A DNA stretch of 56,739 bases, filler included, from Dirinaria sp. TL-2023a (Eukaryota), in the NCBI GenBank assembly GCA_051941275.1. It is 2 parts of 2 records of this genome, joined end to end, with 100 filler letters (N's around TTAATTAATTAA, not from the genome) between each part and the next. Parts side by side here need not be neighbours in the genome. Positions count along the whole stretch, not along the records: positions 1 to 28,347 come from JAVEBF010000127.1; 1 more part is not named here. One strand, written 5' to 3'. Below, piece after piece: positions 1 through 10,386 of this stretch. Every line of letters starts with the position of its first letter. Positions within the stretch are counted from its first letter, which is position 1. The position numbers and the translations under genes are program-made. Below the pieces are notes generated by a model. The model did no database searches, was not told the origin of the DNA, and saw nothing but the letters and a program-made list of their open reading frames with translations.

Positions 1-277
1 TCCTTTCTTTTCAAGTAATGCATGTCTTGTCTCCCGTACTACTACATTTTCAAGAAAAAAAAAAAAAATCCTTCGAAGGTAGGTTCCATAAGCATCCTAT
101 ATACATATATACATACATGTAGATAGATATAAGTTAACACGGACACATACACAGGCCCTACTTTGCAAAGACGCATTGGGGGGGATTTTGATTATTTCGT
201 GACTGATTCTCAACAGTGTCTACTGTATCTATCTACATGTATACATAACAGGGGGTGTCTAATCTCTCTTATCTGCC

Positions 278-332
278 AAACAACAAGAACAAGAAGAAAA
301 AGAAGAAGAAGAAGAAGAACAACAACAACAAC
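278..332 (+). repeat. Compound (GAA)n/(CAA)n microsatellite
   Basis: AAGAAGAAGAAG...AACAACAACAAC tract downstream of the ESS2 stop. Confidence 0.8.
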
Positions 333-429
333 CAAAAAAGTCTTCTCCGCCCGAAAAAGGGGGCATGTAAGATACAGTACAGTATATACCGAATCCTGCA
401 TGATCCATCCACCCACAGAGATTCTTATT

Positions 430-1881
430 TTATCGCGTGCTATCGCCTTTCTGCAGTAACGGTGTCATCAGAGCAGTATGTCTGAGCCCTGATTTTGCTC
501 GCCCGTTTCCACCTTCCCATACACTGCGATTACTCGGTGTTTTCGTCTTATCTGCTGCTCCGCCACCAACTTTCCCCAGCAACCGCTGCGCGGCGGGCGT
601 CAAGCCGCCTTTACTTATGATTCTTGGACTACTTGCGAAGCGAGGCACGGTGGTGGTAGTAGTAGTAGTAGTAGTGGTAGGTGTCCTGGCCAGCTCGGCC
701 GCGCGCTTGCCTTTGGCGACTTTATCGACCATGCGATGGTGCAGGGCTTCGCGTCTGCTGCCTTCTTTGATTTGGAAGGGGTTCGGGGTGCTGGAGCCCG
801 GGCCGAGGAAGGGGGGGTGTTGTTCGTTGCTGCTGGACCATGGGCAGGGTTGGGGAGGTTCCTCCGGATCCACGAATGCGTAGCCGTTGATTCGTGGCGT
901 CGAGGCGCCGTTGAAGGTTGCTTCCGAGGCTGTGGGGCGCGGGCGGCCGGCTAATGCATCTTGCACGGCGGAGAGGGAGGGCGATGGCGGAGGGTTGTTT
1001 TCTTCGGAGGAGGAGGATGGGGTGGAGATTTTTGAGGGTGCGAGGCGGGTGTTGTCGTAGACGACGGCTTTCGGTGGTGCGCGAGAGGTTTCTTCCGCTC
1101 GTTGCTGCACGGTTTGGTGTGTGTCTTCGACGGATGAAGGTTCGAACATGAGGTTGTTGTCCGGGCGCGAGCGCCACGTATCGGGCGTCGCTTTCCGAGT
1201 GTCTTCTAAGGCATCGGCTTTGATCAGTTCTTTGCCGCTGGTGTCCGAAGCCTTGTCGGCTAGACGCTGGGCTTCGCGTTTCCGATACGCAATCTGTCGC
1301 GCGGCGGGGATTTTGTTGTCCGCCCACATCCAAGCGTATCTTTCCGACCGCTTCACGTTCTGTTTGTCGAGCAGTTTGTAGAAGCTCTCGTTGTCCTCGC
1401 TGGTATACTTTGACTGGAAAGCGCCCAGGCTCATGTTCGTATCGATCGCTGGTTTGGGCTTTGCAGCTGAGCCTTCAGTTGCCGCGGACATCACAGAGCC
1501 AGGTGTAGTTCCCTGCCACGTGCTCGGCGTTTCCCCAGCCCTCCCATTCAAGCCTGTCATCGGCGTCATACTCGTCCCCCGTCGGCCGCGGAGCCTTCGG
1601 CCGTTTGGCCTAGGCGTCATTATTGCCGTCAGCCTCTTGCCCGCGGCTGCAATCCATTCCGGATCGCGTGACTCTAAGGCGTTCAGGTAATCTTGCTGGG
1701 ATTCCGTCTCTACGAGGCCAGGGAAGAAGTCGCGCGCAATGATGTGCGACAAAGCATCCGTATAATCGTCCTCATCCAGCACTTTAGCGGGGCGTTTTAT
1801 CCGTTTCGGCCGTGGTGGAGGTGGCATGAGAGCGACATCTTGAGAGCGCTTTGCAAGCGCCTGCGAAGTATCTCCGGACAT
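430..1881 (-). CDS. ESS2: Splicing factor ESS-2/DGCR14 (nuclear protein Es2)
   Basis: Intronless 483-aa ORF with Es2-family motifs VLDEDDYTDALSHIIARDFFPGL, SLGAFQSKYTSEDNESF, TPRINGYAFV, GLTPAAQRLL. Confidence 0.9.
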   Translation of the reverse strand: MSGDTSQALAKRSQDVALMPPPPRPKRIKRPAKVLDEDDYTDALSHIIARDFFPGLVETESQQDYLNALESRDPEWIAAAGKRLTAIMTPRPNGRRLRGRRGTSMTPMTGLNGRAGETPSTWQGTTPGSVMSAATEGSAAKPKPAIDTNMSLGAFQSKYTSEDNESFYKLLDKQNVKRSERYAWMWADNKIPAARQIAYRKREAQRLADKASDTSGKELIKADALEDTRKATPDTWRSRPDNNLMFEPSSVEDTHQTVQQRAEETSRAPPKAVVYDNTRLAPSKISTPSSSSEENNPPPSPSLSAVQDALAGRPRPTASEATFNGASTPRINGYAFVDPEEPPQPCPWSSSNEQHPPFLGPGSSTPNPFQIKEGSRREALHHRMVDKVAKGKRAAELARTPTTTTTTTTTTVPRFASSPRIISKGGLTPAAQRLLGKVGGGAADKTKTPSNRSVWEGGNGRAKSGLRHTALMTPLLQKGDSTR

Positions 1882-2060
1882 GGCGAAAATGAGTCTCGCT
1901 ATTCAAAGTGTATGAGGAAGAGAGGCTTAGTCGTGAGCTTCTTGCTTTATTATTAACGATCGTGAAGTGGGATAAGACGCAAGTGAATCTCAACTTCCAG
2001 GCAATGCCTATCCGAATGAGGCCTAGCGTGCTTGGCAGACAGATGTCAGGGACTCAAAGC

Positions 2061-2154
2061 TACCTAAGCTCGCCGGTTTCAAAAAAAATCGGACACTGAA
2101 TGCGCCAAGCCTCACCCAGTGTCCGGTTTTTTTTGATACCCACGAGCTAAGGTA
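2061..2154. repeat. 94-bp imperfect inverted repeat (hairpin, MITE-like)
   Basis: TACCTAAGCTCG..GGTTTCAAAAAAAATCGGACACTG-loop-CAGTGTCCGGTTTTTTTTGATACC..CGAGCTAAGGTA; the arms pair over about 36 nt with few mismatches and both ends are TA. Confidence 0.85.
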
Positions 2155-2853
2155 CATACTCCGTACCTTACCTCGGCTCCTCGGCTACTTTAGTACTCGT
2201 AAAATCTTACGTTACGAAGCTGCTTTTGATTTATGTCACCTGCGCGATTTCATGGAATCAAAATCCCTCTGATTCAGCGGTATTCAAGCCGACTTCTGCA
2301 ATCTCACATGAATTCAAGATGGATTGCTGCAAGCAGAAGTCGGCATTAGACTCAATTCTGACCGGCGGTCCCCCTCCAGATACTCACGCGAGTCATAGTA
2401 GTAAGAAGCACATAAGCCGACTTTGATCTGAAATTATTTTTTCAATGAAGAACACGATTGAAAACAATTCCGTAAAGGCTCATCAATTGATACGTGTGGC
2501 TCTGGGATCAAGCTCTGCCGTTGCACCCTGTGTCCTAAATCTGCCAGAAAGCTGACGATGCTGGGCTTCTGCTCAATGTTGCGAACCTATCTGGCTAATG
2601 ATCAAGCTACACTGTTTATGCTAAAATGCTTAGGTCGTTAAAGACTGGTTTCCCCTTGAGGTCAAGACAGTACGCTCTCTGGGAGATGGCGTGGAAAGGA
2701 CCGGCAGCCTCGAACCAATGTCTGCGGTCGATAACATTGGATTTGGCACTTCTGCAGCAATGATGGCCTCGAGACGTATCCGTGTTCTATACGGAGCAGC
2801 AGAGCGTTTGAGAACGATGGGTTCCAAATGCATTGTGCTCCGATGCAAATTTC

Positions 2854-3363
2854 TTACTCCGGATGCGTCCTGTCCACCCACTTCACACTCTCCGGCTTCT
2901 CCACCGGCTCGATATCCAGATTAACTGCCACGGCCTCACCGTCGCTCCGCATTAGTACGCATTCGAGCTCCTCGTCCTTACTAGCATTGATCTCCTGATG
3001 CGGTACCCACGGCGGGACGTATATGAAATCTCCCGGCCCCGCTTCAGCTACGAATTCTAGCTTCTGGCCCCATCGCATGCGAGCCCGGCCTTTGAGAACG
3101 TAAATGACACTCTCGAGATGTCCGTGATGATGAGCGCCTGTTTTGGCATCGGGATGGATAGTTACCGTACCTGCCCACAGTTTTTGAGCGCCGACTCGTG
3201 CGAAGTCGATGGCCGCGGCGCGCGTCATGCCTGGGGTTTGCGGTGTGTTGGTGTCAAGGGTGTTGGAAGGGATGACGGAGACGCCGTCATGTTTCCATGG
3301 AGGGATGGTGCTGGGGGAAGTATTGGAGCCTGGCGGTTGGATAACACTTTCCGCCATGGTCAT
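2854..3363 (-). CDS. Single-domain RmlC-like cupin protein
   Basis: Cupin motif 1 TGAHHHGHLESVIYVLKGRARM and motif 2 AGPGDFIYVPPWVPHQEIN with His/His/Glu/His metal ligands; intronless; start at 3363 or 3357. Confidence 0.85.
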   Translation of the reverse strand: MTMAESVIQPPGSNTSPSTIPPWKHDGVSVIPSNTLDTNTPQTPGMTRAAAIDFARVGAQKLWAGTVTIHPDAKTGAHHHGHLESVIYVLKGRARMRWGQKLEFVAEAGPGDFIYVPPWVPHQEINASKDEELECVLMRSDGEAVAVNLDIEPVEKPESVKWVDRTHPE

Positions 3364-3567
3364 CGATTAGGGTGGAGAGATAAGATAATGATGCTGCTAT
3401 GATCGGACGACCGTGAATGAAGAGCTGAGGAAACAAGGTAGTGACTTTGGCGGATCTTATAATACTCTGTAAACTCGGTACCAAAGGCGGGGTAATGAAG
3501 GTACGAGTACGAGTAACGGACTACCCAATTTCCAAGTTTGAGTCTTTAATGTACACTGCTTCCAATG

Positions 3568-4803
3568 TCAGTCCTCCTCGCTGTCACTACCATACCCAAC
3601 AAGCGGCCCCTTTTCGGCGTTCGATGAGGGTGCTGCTGTTTTGTAGCCTTTGCCATTGCTGGTTGAGGAGTGCTTCTGCAGCGCTGCCAAGGTCGAACCC
3701 GATAATATTCCTCCCCCGTCTCCTACTGTTGGATGGCCATCTTCGATCGCAAGTTTCTCTTCTCCACCCAACGCGCTCGGAGCTTCTGCACCATTTTCCA
3801 GCTGTCTGCTTCTCGCGTACCAAATCGCATCCGGCGCCTCATAACCCTCCAGGCCAAACCCACCCTCAATTCTCTTCCTCTTCCTCGCCTCTGGGTCCCG
3901 GCCTTCGATCTCGCGCACAAATTCTTCTGGCAAGGCCCTCCTAACAGCTTCTGCAGCTTGTTCTTCGATCTTCCTCGCCTCTCGCTTCTGCGCTAGAGGA
4001 TTTGGGTCTACTGTCGCCCAACGCACATTTAATATCTCATTGTGATCCAGAGCCTGATGCGCCATAGCTTCTTTCGCAAACTGACTGTTCGCCTCATTCG
4101 TATAAGTCACGAATGCAACACCTCTTGCCGTCAGGACCCGTATGCGATCCACTTGGCCCCATTCTGCAAAATGCCGTGCTACTATCTCTTCGATGTCGTC
4201 CGTCACATGAATGCGCCCTATGTACAGTGTGCGATTTTGGCGCATGAAGCTGCCAACACCGCCCATGTCATCTCTGTAATCGCTGTGCTTGTCACGTCCA
4301 AAGCAGTCCACATTCGGATTAAAATGATCATGTAGACCCGGGAGTCTGTGCAAATATTCACACTCGTGGCCCCTCGGGCATAGTCCTTTTGCGAAGAACA
4401 AGCAAAAGTATGAGCCGGGCACTTTATCCGCCCTGGTATAGCCCGAATCTGTAGCGACATTGCATCGACCTGGGGCTGCAGTCTGAGCGAGGTATTTGTC
4501 TTCGCGATCGCCGCCTGACCATTTATTGTACCAGATATTGAAGATTGTGCCCGTCTGCGGTGGAGGTTCAGACTTGAGAGTGGAAGGGTCAACTTGAGGC
4601 CTCGCAGGTCGCCGTTTCCGCCTTATTATTTTCTTCGTCTTCTTAGCATCTGCAGAGTCGGCTGGGATTTCTTCGCTTGCAGTTTGTAGGGCATTGGTGT
4701 TATTAGTTGTGGTCAGGTCTGTAGAATGTGGTTGAGATGTGGGTGATTGTGCTTCCAGTGGCGAGGATGCCTGAGCCTGTGGAGGAGGAGCAACCTCTGC
4801 CAT
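3568..4803 (-). CDS. CWC2: Pre-mRNA splicing factor Cwc2
   Basis: RPARPQV, FNIWYNKWSGGD (Torus), CCCH finger CLFFAKGLCPRGHECEYLH, DYRDDMGGVGSF, RRM ending ILNVRWATVDPNP. Confidence 0.95.
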   Translation of the reverse strand: MAEVAPPPQAQASSPLEAQSPTSQPHSTDLTTTNNTNALQTASEEIPADSADAKKTKKIIRRKRRPARPQVDPSTLKSEPPPQTGTIFNIWYNKWSGGDREDKYLAQTAAPGRCNVATDSGYTRADKVPGSYFCLFFAKGLCPRGHECEYLHRLPGLHDHFNPNVDCFGRDKHSDYRDDMGGVGSFMRQNRTLYIGRIHVTDDIEEIVARHFAEWGQVDRIRVLTARGVAFVTYTNEANSQFAKEAMAHQALDHNEILNVRWATVDPNPLAQKREARKIEEQAAEAVRRALPEEFVREIEGRDPEARKRKRIEGGFGLEGYEAPDAIWYARSRQLENGAEAPSALGGEEKLAIEDGHPTVGDGGGILSGSTLAALQKHSSTSNGKGYKTAAPSSNAEKGPLVGYGSDSEED

Positions 4804-5164
4804 ACTAATGAGAATGGATGGTCTTTCGGTTGTCCTAAGCTTTCATTGCTTTTCAGAATCAAAGCAAAAGATGCGTCTTGAGCTTTTGCAGGTTCACGAA
4901 CGATGAGGCAACACGCTGACTAAACGCCAAGGTATGAATCCTCCTTAGATACCCCATTGGGATTAGTGGATAATGTCAATGCGATATTCGGAGACGAGGG
5001 CGAGTTCGGGTACCTGGGCTCCTGGGTAAATTGCCACTCAACAAAAGACATGTCCCGAGATATGGCTTCATGCAAACGCTCCGCAGCGCTGGCGAGACTA
5101 CTTCTATGTATATACTAGAGATCCCCTCTCGTTGATTCTGCAATCTCCATGAACATTATTCGTC

Positions 5165-8100
5165 ATGTCCGGCGCCGAGGGTCTCGTGCTTCTAAGCGTT
5201 GCGGCGAATGTATTGCAATTTGTAGAATTTGCAACTGAGCTTTGTGGCCGTATACGGGATTACTCCAATGGCCCAGGTATGCCAAGGAAGCTCGCCGCGC
5301 TGGCTGACCAATTGGCAGACCTGGTAGCCATTATAAAATCAAGGTCAACTTCACTCGATACTGATCCATTGGAGGAGCAGGTGGCCGGAAGATGTTTAGC
5401 TCAGGCGGAGGAGCTATCGCTTTTGTTGGAAAGCTTGAAGGGTTCCAAAAAGGACCAAGATCACTGGTGGAAGAATGCTCGGAAAGCACTTAAGTCTTTA
5501 AGCCGTGCTGAGAAGATCGAGGAGCTTCAATCGACGTTGAACAACCTCATCAATACTTTAAGTTTGCAGCTCTTGATGAAGACAAGGTTAGCATCTCGTA
5601 GGCCTGTAGGTCAACTTTCCAATTCCCTAGCCGAAGTCGTTTTCATGGAAACATCCTTCCACTGCTCCATCCCTCTCGTCGGGGAACGCTTTGCGGATAG
5701 TGATATTGGGCTCATTTTATTCGTACTAAGTTTCAGTTGACCAATATGTCTCTGAGCCGAGCTTGATGGGGTAAAATACATTAACCTTTGAGTTCGCAAT
5801 ACCCGAATATGATGAGGCTGCAGCGTCAGCTAATACTGAGCCCTATTAGGGAAACAAATGCCGATGTAGATGATAAGACGACGTCTATATTACGGATGCA
5901 GAATGACCAGGTCGAATTGCTTCGTGAGATCTATCGACTCAGTCAGTTGAAGCTCGAGGGCCCGGGCGAACATATCAAAGTCGACCAGTCTGTATGGTTA
6001 GTTGCCGTCAGCAGGAATCCTGACTTCGTAGGTCGTCAGCCTATCATCCAGGAGCTCGAAGAGCGACTTGCCGGTAGACCAGATGTGATGCAAACAGCAG
6101 TCCTTTTTGGACTTGGTGGTATTGGGTGAGTGTCTTTTCCTGTGCCGTCCGTTCATAAGCTTTGCTCCTTCCCATTATGACTGCGGCTTCAGTGCGCATG
6201 GTTGGGTCTATCTAGTTTCCCTTTCATCAACATTACTATGAGAATTTCACCTAGTACAGCATTCCAACTTGTCTACTGGTTGGATTGAAGTTTAGACCTG
6301 GCCCCGAAAACGTCTCGTTAGCTATAGTATCAAATGAAAGAATGGTGGACAGAATATTCTTGATCGATCCTTGCTCGATCACTGATTTGTGACCATCACT
6401 CGCTGGGAGTAGAATCTGCTTTGGCTCGATGGGCAGCTAACCTTAAGCCCATATAGCAAGTCGCAGATCGCTCTGGAATTTGCATATCGCCAAAAGCGGA
6501 GTTCACACGAGCTATCTGTCTTCTGGATTCACGCTACAAATTTTGCACGATTCGTCGAATCGTTTAAACGAATAGCATCCGCACTAGACATACCAGGGCT
6601 AGAGAATCCCGAGGTAGACGTGTTGCAACTTGTCCGAGACCACCTTGAGATCAAGCATAGATGCGACTGGCTTATGATAATCGACAACGTTGACGATCGA
6701 TTCATGTTCTTTGAGGACGAGAGCTACAAGGGAAAGCGATTGTGTGAATATGTACCACAGAGCTCACGTGGAGCCGTCCTATATACTACGAGGAATAGAG
6801 AGATTGGTGTCGACCTAGACCATGATCGGAATCCTATTGAGGTATGCTCAATGAACGTTAAAGAGGCTCGTATGCTACTCGGCCCAAAACTCACAGCCGA
6901 GAGCACTCAAAGTCAGCAAATCGAACTGCTTGAGGAATTGGTCTATCTTCCACTTGCTATCACACAAGCAGTAGCTTTCATGGTGAAACGTCGTAAGAGC
7001 ATCCGCCAATACCTCGATGATTATAAGCAGAATGACTCTACACGACTCAGATTACTCAATCAGAAATCGCTATATCACGGCCGCGAAGCAAGACCGCTAG
7101 AGTCCGTAATCACTACATGGAAAATCTCGTTTGAGTCAATAGAAACAGAGAATCCAAGGGCAGCGAATCTATTGGCGGTAATGAGCTTTCTCGACCGTCA
7201 AAGCATACCAGATAGTCTATTGATCATGGACGACGAAGAACCATTTGATTTTGAAGATGCTGTCGAAATCCTTAATGCCTTTTCGCTCATCGCACGGAAC
7301 GAAAGGAATGACGCTTCCGATATGCATCGTCTTGTGCAGCTCGCTACCCGGGCTTGGTTGCTGGAAGACAAAGGCTCAGCTGAAAGGATAGCTGCAGAAG
7401 CTTTAGACCTGCTGTCCGCAAAGTTTCCGAAAGGTTGGTACGAGAATTGGAGTACTTGCTCCATATTTCTACCGCACGCCGACGCTTTACTTGATTCAAT
7501 CAGTGTGCGTACAGACTCTGAAGAAGCTTCAAAGGCCAAACTCCTTCTCAACACTGCCTCTTATCTTAGAAGGCAGGGCCGATTCGGGCCTGCAGAGTTG
7601 CGCTCGGCCGAATCAAAAGATATATTTGAACGCCTTTATGGATTTGAGCACGCCGACACGCTTGCAGCTACTGCAGAATATGCAATGACAATTCACAAGC
7701 GGGGCTCATTCGAAGAAGCTGTACGGCTACAGCGAATTATCCTGAAGGGTAGAGAAAAGGTAGGCGCATGCCCTTATTGAAGAAGTAGTGCTCGCTGAAC
7801 AGAGAGTAGGTACTGGGTAAAAGTCATCGTCTAACACTTGAAACACTCAACGCTCTAGGTTATGATTTAAGAAGCTTAGGCAGGTATAGGTCAGTGCGTA
7901 CGAACTGTTTTGAATCCTTGATGAGATCAATCGACTGAGACTCTAGCACAGAGAAGCAGAACAGGTTCATCGACGAGAGATGGTGGAAAAACAGAAATTG
8001 CTGGATCAAGATCCTCATGACTTTGGCTTACAAGCGGATCTGCTTGTAGCTGTCAACAATTCTGCACGTCTACTTTCCAATCAGTACGTCTGTTCCAGTC

Positions 8101-9727
8101 CAATTTTCCTAGCTGTATCATTCAGTTCCCTGGCACAAGGCAGCGAGCGATGACCGAAAATGGCTAGTAAGCTCACCGCGTTGAATTTCCCTCTTACCCA
8201 TAATGAACAATCATCCCATGTAAACTATTAGCGTGGCTTCTTTAGTGACCTATGAGGTGGTCATTGATTGGCGTTGATGCCTGAGCTCCTTAAATTTTGA
8301 AAACTTGATCAGGAATACAAATGTACTGATCTCGTGAGACTCACAGAGGCAAATATGCCGAAGCAGAGCGCATGCATCGAGATGCACTCAAGAAGAGCAT
8401 GACTCTCTTGGGTCCTACTCATCCGGATACTTTGATTACAATGGGCGAGCTTGCTAGTGACTTACGAGACCAGAATAAGCTTGAAGAAGCGCAGAGAACG
8501 TACGAAACATTGCTTGCCAGCCGCGGTCAAGTCCTTGGCGACCTCCATCCGGACACACTTCTCTCGAAAAGTAATCTGGCGACATTGAGGGGCAGACAGG
8601 GGCAGCAGGACGAAGCTGAGAGACTATACCGAGAAGTGTATGAACACGAATGTCAAGTGCTTGGAAAGCATCATCCTTCATCTCTCAATACTCAGCACAA
8701 TTTAGCCTGTGTACTCGCGGACCAGGGCAAGGCTGAAGAGGCAGCAGATACGTTCCAGGAAGTGCTCGAGGGCCAAAATCGTCTGCTTGGAGTTTCCCAT
8801 TCCGACACTCTTACGACACGTACGAATTTGTCGATATCACTAGGCACCCTAGGCAAAAAAGCCGAAGCTGAAGTTATAGATAGGCAAACGTTGGAGCTTT
8901 CCAATAGTCGAGCTGAGAAGAACAGCGCCCAGCACATGCGCATCCTGGCTAATCTATCGACACTGTTGGCGGATCAAGCGAAGTTCTCTGACGCAGCGTT
9001 CTTCCGACGTCAGGAACTCGACTTGAACATTGAGCTGCATGGTTCGAACAGTGGCGAGGCGCATTCTTGCCGTCAGGCACTGGCTCATGCATTATGCCGC
9101 CTTGGCAAGTTAGACGAGGCCATTGCTATGAATAGCGAAGTGCTTGAATATAGGGTGGAAGCGTTAGGCTGGGAGCACGTCGATACGCTTTCAGTCCTCT
9201 GGAACCTTGCGCTCTGCTACCGCGACGCAGACAGACTCCATGAAGCTAAGCTGAAGTACGGTCAACTGGTGGAGATAAAGTCACAGAAATACGGCCCGGA
9301 CGATTACCAGGTGCTCGAAAGCCTCGTACAGCTGGCATGGGTGCAGCAGCAATTGAAGGAATATCCCGAATCGGAGAAGAATTATCGTCGACTTCTTGAA
9401 GTACAGGCAAAGCTCTCTGGCCCTGATGATTTGTTCACGATCATGATTACTAATAATCTGGCTTCAGTGCTGCATTATCAACGTGAGGATCAAGAGGCTG
9501 AGAGTCTCTTCCGCACGGCTTTTGCGGCACGCCATAAGGTCCTTGGCCCAAATGACCGGTTGACAGTGAAATCTCGTCGTACATTAGCAGAGTTTCTAGA
9601 CGATATTGGGAAGCCCGACGAAGCGGTCTCATTGCTGGAGCCAGTGATGAATACTTCTGACACCGTTATAACGCGTTCTGCAGCTCCAGCCGAGCCTGAA
9701 GGCCTGGTTCAGGAAAAGAATAGTTAG
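5165..9727 (+). CDS. Fungal NLR-like STAND protein: SesA/HeLo-like N-terminal domain + NB-ARC + kinesin-light-chain-type TPR repeats
   Basis: Six exons that splice in frame: 5165-5586, 5850-6125, 6457-7759, 7810-7889, 7952-8083, 8347-9727. Motifs: SRNPDFVGR, Walker A GLGGIG|KSQIA split by intron 2, Walker B WLMIIDNVDD, VLYTTRN, YLPLAITQA, MHRLVQ; then about 42-aa repeats LGxxHPDTL..NLA. N-terminus MSGAEGLVLLSVAANVLQFVEFA is SesA-like. Confidence 0.9.
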
Positions 9728-10386
9728 GCATGCAGTTCCGCAAGCTTCTGTCTGGTTTCTATCATATCAACTCGCCAGCCTGTTCTTAAAAACTCATCCT
9801 AAGCCAGAAGTCAAACCTCTACATCAAGGTGCTTGAGTTGAGCGATCTTGAAACAGCACCGACTCGGATCGTTCTGAGCTCGCGTCTGATACAACCTGCA
9901 CGACCATCTAAATCCGTGTATGACGCTGAGAAAGTATACAAAATCAGTGCTTCAGAACACTCGAAGCTTGTCAGTCGCGGTAAATCGTATCTTCAACAAA
10001 TGGGTTCCCTGTCGTACATCTCGAGTCGGACTGTCTTTTGATATGCCGGATGCATCGATGGCGGATTAACTAATGCACCGTTGATCGACAACTGCACCTT
10101 CTATAAGCGCCGCAAGGTGATTTGATGGTATTACGTTCCTGCACAGCTATTGTCAGGTACTAGCCATCACTGCACATTGTGGGGATTGTGGGGCAGCCCG
10201 GTTGACGTTTTCCATGCAAGATGTCTAGGAATATGGGCGCTATCATCTATATAGCTGCTGAATCCTCTCAACTAGCATGGCAAAGTCGCTTGCTGCTGTT
10301 ACTCGAGCTTCAGACTCGCCGTCATATAAACCGTGTACATTGCCAGCTATACTGTACGCAGGCGACAACTGAAGCCAGTTGAAATC

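Noticed and set aside
163..485. Short ORFs with poly-K/R/T/N/L runs
   Set aside because: Translations of the GAA/CAA microsatellite in the ESS2 3' region.
8278..8325. TPP-riboswitch-like words (CTGAG...AACTTGATCAGG-AATAC) in NLR intron 5
   Set aside because: Lacks the ATACC and GCGnAGG elements and the pairing stems; the host gene is unrelated to thiamine.
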